A stretch of DNA of 64,000 nt, from assembly GCA_963666565.1 (NCBI GenBank), contig OY762911.1:2560001-2624000 (forward strand), in the 5' to 3' direction. A program made the position numbers and the translations under genes. Numbering within the stretch: position 1 is the first letter of the stretch; each line of letters starts with the position of its first letter. Below the pieces are notes generated by a model. The model saw nothing but the letters and a program-made list of their open reading frames with translations. It had not been told where the DNA came from and did no database searches. This document shows, in pieces, positions 58,327 to 64,000 of the stretch. This DNA comes from Thermoanaerobaculia bacterium. Lineage in GTDB: Bacteria; Acidobacteriota; Thermoanaerobaculia; Multivoradales; Multivoraceae.

Positions 58327-61209
58327 ATGAGGATGACCGCCACCGCCGGCCCGGCGTTCCGATGTGCAGCCTTGGGGTTGCTGGCCGCTCTGCCGGTCGC
58401 CGCCGGGCCGCCACCCGAGCCGCCGCCGTTCTATGCGATCGAGAACGTGCGGGTCGAGGTGGGCGACGGCACGGTCCTGGAGCGCGCGACGGTGGTCGTC
58501 GAGAACGGGACGATCACGGCGGTGGCGGAGGATGCGGCCGTTCCGGCTCATGCCTGGGTCATCGACGGCGAGGGGCTCACGGTCTATCCGGGGTTGATCG
58601 ATGCGATGGGCAGGTTGCCGCAGGCTCGTCGGCCTCCGGGCGGTCCGGGCGCGGGAGGTCCGCCGGGGGGCCAGCGGCGCCGGCCGGATCCCGAGCGGCA
58701 ACTGCCTCGCGGCCCGGAGGACCGTCCGCTGACGACCCCCTGGAAGCGGGCGGCCGACGGCCTGACGCTGGACGCGGAAGCGGTCGAGGCCTGGCGCAAG
58801 GCCGGCGTCACCTCGATCGCGGCAAGGCCCGGCGACGGCCTGTTCCCGGGGCGGCTTTCCCTGGTACGACTGGGCGCTCCCGGCCGCGATCCGGAACACC
58901 AGGTGGTAGCGCCCGAGCTGGCCCAGGTGGCCTCCCTGAGTAGCGGCGGCGGCTTCGGTTCCTACCCCGGCGCGCTGATGGGCAGGGTCGCCTACTTCCG
59001 GCAACTGCTCCTGGACGCGGCTCACTACGCCGCCGCGATTGCCGCTTACGAGGCCGATCCCGCCGGCTGGCGGCGGCCCGAGTTCGACCGCACCCTGGCG
59101 CCCCTGGCGGCCGTCGCCTCGGGGGAGGAACGGATCCTCCTGCCGGGATCGAGTGCGGTCGAGATCGCCCGGGCGCTCCGGCTCGGCGAGGAACTCGGTC
59201 TCGACTTCTCGATCTACGGCGGCCAGGAGGGATACCGGCTGGCCGGCGAACTGGCGGATGCCGGCGTGGCGGTGCTCGCGTTTGTGGACTGGCCCGAGCC
59301 GCTGCCCGAGCGCGACCGCGATCCGGATGCCGACCGGCCGCTTCGCGAGATCCTTCACGAGCGGCTGGCGCCGACGACGCCGGTCGAACTGGCCGAGGCG
59401 GGGGTGCCGTTCGCTCTCGGTTCCGGCGACGCCGGCGGTGCGGACGACTTCCTGGCCGGCGTGCGCCGAGCGATCGAGGGCGGCCTCGAACCGGCGCGGG
59501 CGCTTCAGGCGCTCACCCGGGACGCGGCGGCGATCCACGGCCTGGACGACCGGATCGGCACGGTGGCCGCGGGAATGGCGGCCGACCTCGTGCTGGCCGA
59601 CGGCTACCCGTGGAGTGAGTCGAGCCGCGTCGAGGCGGTGTTCATCGACGGCGTCCGGTACGCCGTCTCCGACGGCGACGAGGCCGGAGGCGACGGCGAG
59701 GACGGCGAGAGCGGCGACGGCGCCGAGGCGGGCGGCGAGGGCGCTCGGGAAGCCGAAGCGGCCGAGGAACCGGACGAGGCCCGGCCGCGTGGACGGCGCG
59801 GCCCTGGCGGCCCCGGGGGCCGCGGCGGTTCGACCGAAGCGCCCGTGCCGATGCGGCTGGCCGAGGTCGCCGAGAGGTACGCCGAGGTCGCGGGCGACGG
59901 CACGGTCCCGATGACCGGTCCCTACCGCGAGGACGACGTGCTCGCCATCGTCGGCGGCACCGTTCTGACGATGGCCGGCGAGACGATCGAGAACGGCACG
60001 GTGGTCGTGCGGGACGGCCGCATCGCCCGGGTCGGCCGCGGCAGGCCGCCCAGTGGCGCGCATGTGATCGACGCCGCGGGCGGCTACGTGACACCGGGCA
60101 TCATCGACGCGCACTCGCACATCGCGACCGCGGGGGGCGTCAACGAGGGCAGCCTGGCGGTGACCGCGATGGTGCGGATCGAGGATGTCGTCGATCCGAC
60201 CGACGTCGCGATCTACCGGGCGCTCGCAGGCGGCGTCACGACGATCAACGTGCTCCACGGCAGCGCGAATCCGATCGGCGGCCAGAACCAGGTCTTGAAG
60301 CTCCGCTGGGGGCAGGACGCCGACGGCATGCGGTTCGAAGGCGCGCCGCCGGGCATCAAGTTCGCGCTCGGCGAGAACCCGAAGCGCTCGCGGAGCTTCG
60401 GCCAGGGTCCGCGGCGCTACCCGGCGACGCGCATGGGGGTTCTCGACGTCATCCGGCAGGCGTTCACGGAGGCGGCGGAGTACCGCGATGCCTGGCGGCG
60501 GCACGAGGAAGCGGTGGCCGCCGGCGCGCGCAGCCGTCCGCCCGCGCGCGACCTGCAACACGAGGCCCTGGTCGAGATCCTGGAGGGCGAACGCCTCGTT
60601 CACGCCCACAGCTACCGGGCCGACGAGATCCTCCAGTTGCTGCGCCTCGCCGAGGAGCTCGGCTTCCGGATCGCGACGCTGCAGCACGTGCTGGAGGGCT
60701 ACCGGGTAGCCGACGAGATCGCGGCCCACGGCGCCGGCGCTTCCACCTTCTCGGACTGGTGGGCCTACAAGGTCGAGGCTTACGAGGCGATTCCCCACAA
60801 CGCGGCCCTGATGACCGAACGCGGCGTGCTGTCGTCGATCAACTCGGACGACGCGGAGGAGATGCGGCACCTGAACCACGAGGCGGCGAAGGCGGTCAGG
60901 TGGGGCGGACTCTCCGACGACGCGGCGCTCGCCCTGGTCACGATCAACCCGGCGAAGCAGTTCGGGATCGACGACCGGGTGGGCTCGATCGAGGTCGGCA
61001 AGGACGCCGATCTCGTGGTCTACGACCGGCATCCGCTGAGTTCGTACGCCGTCGTCCAGACCACCCTGGTGGACGGCAAGGTCTACTTCGACCGCGCGCT
61101 GGACCGGCTGCGGCGCGAGCGGCTGGCGGCGCTCGAACAGTCGCTGCTGGAGTCGGCGGAGGGCGACTCCGAGGACGAGGCCGCCGCCGCGGACGAGGGG
61201 GAGCGATGA
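58327..61209 (+). CDS. Secreted tandem amidohydrolase-family protein (two domains)
   Basis: N-domain YPGLIDAMG...IGTVAAGMAADLV. C-domain PGIIDAHSH, HSYRADE, GSIEVGKDADLV. Acidic linker between them. Confidence 0.85.
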   Translation: MRMTATAGPAFRCAALGLLAALPVAAGPPPEPPPFYAIENVRVEVGDGTVLERATVVVENGTITAVAEDAAVPAHAWVIDGEGLTVYPGLIDAMGRLPQARRPPGGPGAGGPPGGQRRRPDPERQLPRGPEDRPLTTPWKRAADGLTLDAEAVEAWRKAGVTSIAARPGDGLFPGRLSLVRLGAPGRDPEHQVVAPELAQVASLSSGGGFGSYPGALMGRVAYFRQLLLDAAHYAAAIAAYEADPAGWRRPEFDRTLAPLAAVASGEERILLPGSSAVEIARALRLGEELGLDFSIYGGQEGYRLAGELADAGVAVLAFVDWPEPLPERDRDPDADRPLREILHERLAPTTPVELAEAGVPFALGSGDAGGADDFLAGVRRAIEGGLEPARALQALTRDAAAIHGLDDRIGTVAAGMAADLVLADGYPWSESSRVEAVFIDGVRYAVSDGDEAGGDGEDGESGDGAEAGGEGAREAEAAEEPDEARPRGRRGPGGPGGRGGSTEAPVPMRLAEVAERYAEVAGDGTVPMTGPYREDDVLAIVGGTVLTMAGETIENGTVVVRDGRIARVGRGRPPSGAHVIDAAGGYVTPGIIDAHSHIATAGGVNEGSLAVTAMVRIEDVVDPTDVAIYRALAGGVTTINVLHGSANPIGGQNQVLKLRWGQDADGMRFEGAPPGIKFALGENPKRSRSFGQGPRRYPATRMGVLDVIRQAFTEAAEYRDAWRRHEEAVAAGARSRPPARDLQHEALVEILEGERLVHAHSYRADEILQLLRLAEELGFRIATLQHVLEGYRVADEIAAHGAGASTFSDWWAYKVEAYEAIPHNAALMTERGVLSSINSDDAEEMRHLNHEAAKAVRWGGLSDDAALALVTINPAKQFGIDDRVGSIEVGKDADLVVYDRHPLSSYAVVQTTLVDGKVYFDRALDRLRRERLAALEQSLLESAEGDSEDEAAAADEGER

Positions 61210-62543
61210 GCGGCATCGACGTCCGACCGGCCCCGCGGCGCCTCGGGCGGTTCCCGGGCGCGCTCGCGGCGGGCCTCGCGCTCCTCCTCGCCGTGGTGCT
61301 CGCCGCCGCGCCCGCCGCGGCGCAGACGCTGGCGATCGAGGGCGGCACGGTTCACCCGGTCTCCGGGGCCTCCTTCGCCGGTACGGTCGTGGTGCGGAAC
61401 GGCCTGATCGAGGCGGCGGGCGCGGACGTCGCGACGCCGGAAGGCGCCGAGACGATCGACGCGACCGGTCTGCACGTCTACCCCGGTCTCTTCAACGCCT
61501 TCACTTCGGTGGGCCTCGACGAGATCGGCTCGGTCGCCGCCACCCAGGACGCGAACGAACTGGGCGACACGCCGCACCTGCTGGCGGTCGAGGCGATCCA
61601 CCCGGCGAGCGAGATCGTTCCGGTCACCCGGGAGACCGGGATCACGCACGTCCTGTCCGCCCCCGGCGGCGGCCCCTGGGCGGGTCAGGCGTCGGCGATC
61701 CTCCTGGACGGCTGGACGGTGGAGGAGATGACGGTCGAGAGGAGCGTGGGCGTGGTGCTGGAGTGGCCGAGCCTCGACACCCGCGAGTTCGACTTCTCGA
61801 CCTTCAGCGTGCGCGAGAGGAAGTTCTCCGAGGCGAAGAAGGAGTACGACCGGACGGTCGGCGAACTCGGCGACTGGATCGAGGCGGCACGCCAGTACGA
61901 CCATGCGCGCTCGAACGCCGGTTCCGCGGCGGCGGTGGAGCAGGACCACGCGCTCGAGGCCGTTGCGCGCGTGGCGCGCGGCGAACTGCCGCTGCTGGTC
62001 GTCGCGGACCGGGCCCGGGCCATTCGCGACGCCGTCGCGTTCGCGAACGAACACGGTCTGCGGCTCGTGCTGGCCTCGGGACGCGACGCGGCGAAGGAGG
62101 CGGACCTGCTGGCCGGGAAGGGCGTGCCGGTCATCCTGGGCGCGGTGCAGGCGTTGCCGGTTCAGGAAGACGATCCTTACGACGGCCCCTTCACGGCGCC
62201 GGGCGAGCTCCAACGCGCCGGCGTACCGATCGCGTTCGGAACCTTCGACGCGTCGAGCGCCCGCGTTCTTCCGTACGAGGCGGCCACCGCCGTGGCTTTC
62301 GGCCTCGAACCCGAAGCCGCGCTCCGCGCCCTGACCCTCGGCGCGGCGGAGATCCTCGGCCTGGACGATCGGCTGGGTTCCATCGAACCGGGCAAGTGGG
62401 CGAACCTGATCGTCACGGACGGCGATCCGCTGGAAGTCCGGACCGCGGTGCGGCGCCTGATCGTCCGCGGCCGCGACGTCGACCTCTCGAACCGGCACAG
62501 CCGCTCCTACGAGCTGTACCGGCGGCGTCCGGCGCCTCCGTAG
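61206..62543 (+). CDS. Secreted amidohydrolase-family protein
   Basis: Signal peptide, IDATGLHVYPGL, GSIEPGKWANLIV..GDPL. ATGA overlap with the upstream gene. Confidence 0.85.
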   Translation: MSGIDVRPAPRRLGRFPGALAAGLALLLAVVLAAAPAAAQTLAIEGGTVHPVSGASFAGTVVVRNGLIEAAGADVATPEGAETIDATGLHVYPGLFNAFTSVGLDEIGSVAATQDANELGDTPHLLAVEAIHPASEIVPVTRETGITHVLSAPGGGPWAGQASAILLDGWTVEEMTVERSVGVVLEWPSLDTREFDFSTFSVRERKFSEAKKEYDRTVGELGDWIEAARQYDHARSNAGSAAAVEQDHALEAVARVARGELPLLVVADRARAIRDAVAFANEHGLRLVLASGRDAAKEADLLAGKGVPVILGAVQALPVQEDDPYDGPFTAPGELQRAGVPIAFGTFDASSARVLPYEAATAVAFGLEPEAALRALTLGAAEILGLDDRLGSIEPGKWANLIVTDGDPLEVRTAVRRLIVRGRDVDLSNRHSRSYELYRRRPAPP

Positions 62544-62591
62544 CCGTCCTCGCGGCCCGGCCTCGGGCGGCTCGGGGCCCGCCGGGCGGGC

Positions 62592-63137
62592 CTACGGCTC
62601 CGGGCTCGACTCCGCCTGCCGTTCCTGCGCCTGGAGCATCTCGACGACGCGCTGGGTCAGGTCGACCCGGGCGCTGGCGTGGAGCACGCCGCCGATGCTG
62701 GCGTTCAGGATCAGGTCGTAGCCGTTCTCGTCGATCAGTTGCTGAACGATCGGCCGGAGGCGCTCGTTGATTTCCTGCAGCGTCTCTTCCTGCCGCTTCG
62801 CCGCGCGGCGCTCGACGTCGTTGGCGAGGCGCTGGGATTCGCGCTGCAGATCCTCGATCTGGTGCTGGATGCCTCGCAGTTCGTCCGGTCCCTTGCCGGC
62901 CGCGTTCTGGCGCAGCGCTTCGACCCGGCTGGCGTTGGCTTCCAGGGCGGTCCGGGTCTCCGTTTCGATCTGCTGAAGGAACTCCGCGAGCTCCCTGCCC
63001 TCGCGCGCTTCGGCGACCACCAGTTCGACGTTGATCACGGCGACGCGGGCGGTCTCCTGGGCCGGGAGCGCCGGCGACCCGAGGACGGACAGCAGGACGG
63101 CAAGCGAGCAGACAGCGAGAACGCGGCGGCTGGTCAT
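62592..63137 (-). CDS. skp: OmpH/Skp outer-membrane chaperone
   Basis: Signal peptide, RVAVINVE, coiled coil, GYDLIL...DLTQRVV. Confidence 0.85.
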   Translation of the reverse strand: MTSRRVLAVCSLAVLLSVLGSPALPAQETARVAVINVELVVAEAREGRELAEFLQQIETETRTALEANASRVEALRQNAAGKGPDELRGIQHQIEDLQRESQRLANDVERRAAKRQEETLQEINERLRPIVQQLIDENGYDLILNASIGGVLHASARVDLTQRVVEMLQAQERQAESSPEP

Positions 63138-63475
63138 GTGGTCTCTCCACCGGGCGTGTAGATCGGCATCGGGAACGGCGTTACCTTCCGGCTCTCGCGG
63201 CGTTCGACATCGCGGATCCGGGCCGTCCCCCGCTTCGTGACCTGGTCGATGCGCAGCACCGAGTGCATCGGCAGGTAGGTCCGCTCGACGCCCTTGAACT
63301 CGCGTTGCAGCCGTTCCTCGGAGGGGTCGACGACGACCTGGGTCCTCTCCCCGAACACGAGCTCGCCGATCTCGACGAAGCCCAGCAGGCCGCCCTGGGA
63401 GACCGAGCGGGCGTAGACCTCGTAGATCTCGCCCTGGCTCAGGAAGGTCACCCGGTAGATCAGGTCGTCGGACAT
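63134..63475 (-). CDS. DUF1820 family protein
   Basis: IYRVTFLSQGEIYEVYAR...VVVDPSEERL..EF.GV.RTYLPMHSVLRID. Confidence 0.8.
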   Translation of the reverse strand: MSDDLIYRVTFLSQGEIYEVYARSVSQGGLLGFVEIGELVFGERTQVVVDPSEERLQREFKGVERTYLPMHSVLRIDQVTKRGTARIRDVERRESRKVTPFPMPIYTPGGETT

Positions 63476-63478
63476 GCG

Positions 63479-64000
63479 CTACTTCGGTTGCTGGAGTTTG
63501 GCGAAGGCCGCGGCCATGACGTTCAGCCCCGTCGACTGCTTCTGTCGCTGCCGGTACTTCTTGTAGTCCGTCTTCGTGCCCACGAGCTGCGATCCGGGCG
63601 GCGCCAGTCCCAGGCGGCGCCGCTTCCGGTCGATGCTCTCGATCACGACCTTGACCTCCCGGCCGGGCGGGTAGGCGCGCCGGGCCTGGTTGCCCTCCGG
63701 CAGGGTCACGGCGGACATCGGCAGCAGGCCGGTGAGGCCGGGCTCGAGTTCGACGAAGATGCCGAACCGCGACACCTGCTCGACCTTCCCCTCGACCTCG
63801 GCGCCCTCGACGTACTGCTTGCCCAGGTTCTTCCAGGGGTCGCTCGCCGGCACCTCGCGCAGCGAGAGGGCGAGCCGGCGGCGCCTGGGAGCGACCTCGA
63901 CCACCCAGCCTTCGACTTCCTCGCCGGTGGCGAACGAGGGATGGCTCATCGACTTGCCGATGGGGAGCTGGGAGGTGTGGATCAGGCCGTCGAGGCCGGG
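63479..64000 (-). CDS. S1 RNA-binding domain protein (ribosomal S1-like; 3' part, 5' end outside the window)
   Basis: S1 repeats PGLDGLIHTSQL and VEGKVEQVSRFGIFVELEPGLTGLL. Frame is open to the window edge. Confidence 0.85.
   Translation of the reverse strand, partial: PGLDGLIHTSQLPIGKSMSHPSFATGEEVEGWVVEVAPRRRRLALSLREVPASDPWKNLGKQYVEGAEVEGKVEQVSRFGIFVELEPGLTGLLPMSAVTLPEGNQARRAYPPGREVKVVIESIDRKRRRLGLAPPGSQLVGTKTDYKKYRQRQKQSTGLNVMAAAFAKLQQPK

Overview
High-GC bacterial chromosome segment, probably Acidobacteriota (inferred from the Acidobacterial-type VWA protein and the carboxypeptidase-regulatory-domain TonB receptor). Positions 1-26.2 kb and 47.2-64 kb are mostly housekeeping and metabolic genes: tatA, nucleoside phosphorylase, cinA-plsY-gpsA-guaA, lgt-thiD, nnr-tsaE, phoH-HD-ybeY/era (a fusion), glnA, acyl-CoA dehydrogenases, pdxA, nth, amidohydrolases, skp and an S1 protein. 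Positions ~26.2-47.1 kb are a defence island: a class I DISARM system (drmD, drmMI, drmA, drmB) with no drmC and an SprT protease next to drmB. It is split between drmMI and drmA by (i) an ABC/AAA ATPase + DUF4276/TOPRIM-like pair and an HTH gene, and (ii) an opposite-strand, visibly lower-GC seven-gene cassette. The cassette encodes a phosphopantetheinyl transferase, a stand-alone acyl-carrier-like protein, an XRE HTH, an IrrE/ImmA metallopeptidase fused to a chagasin-like cysteine-protease-inhibitor domain, a propeptide-less papain-like protease, a thymidylate-synthase-like enzyme and a MazG/MazG_C protein. This cassette is the best candidate for an undescribed system. No rRNA, tRNA, CRISPR array, integrase or transposase was recognised. 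All assignments come from reading motifs by eye, with no database searches.
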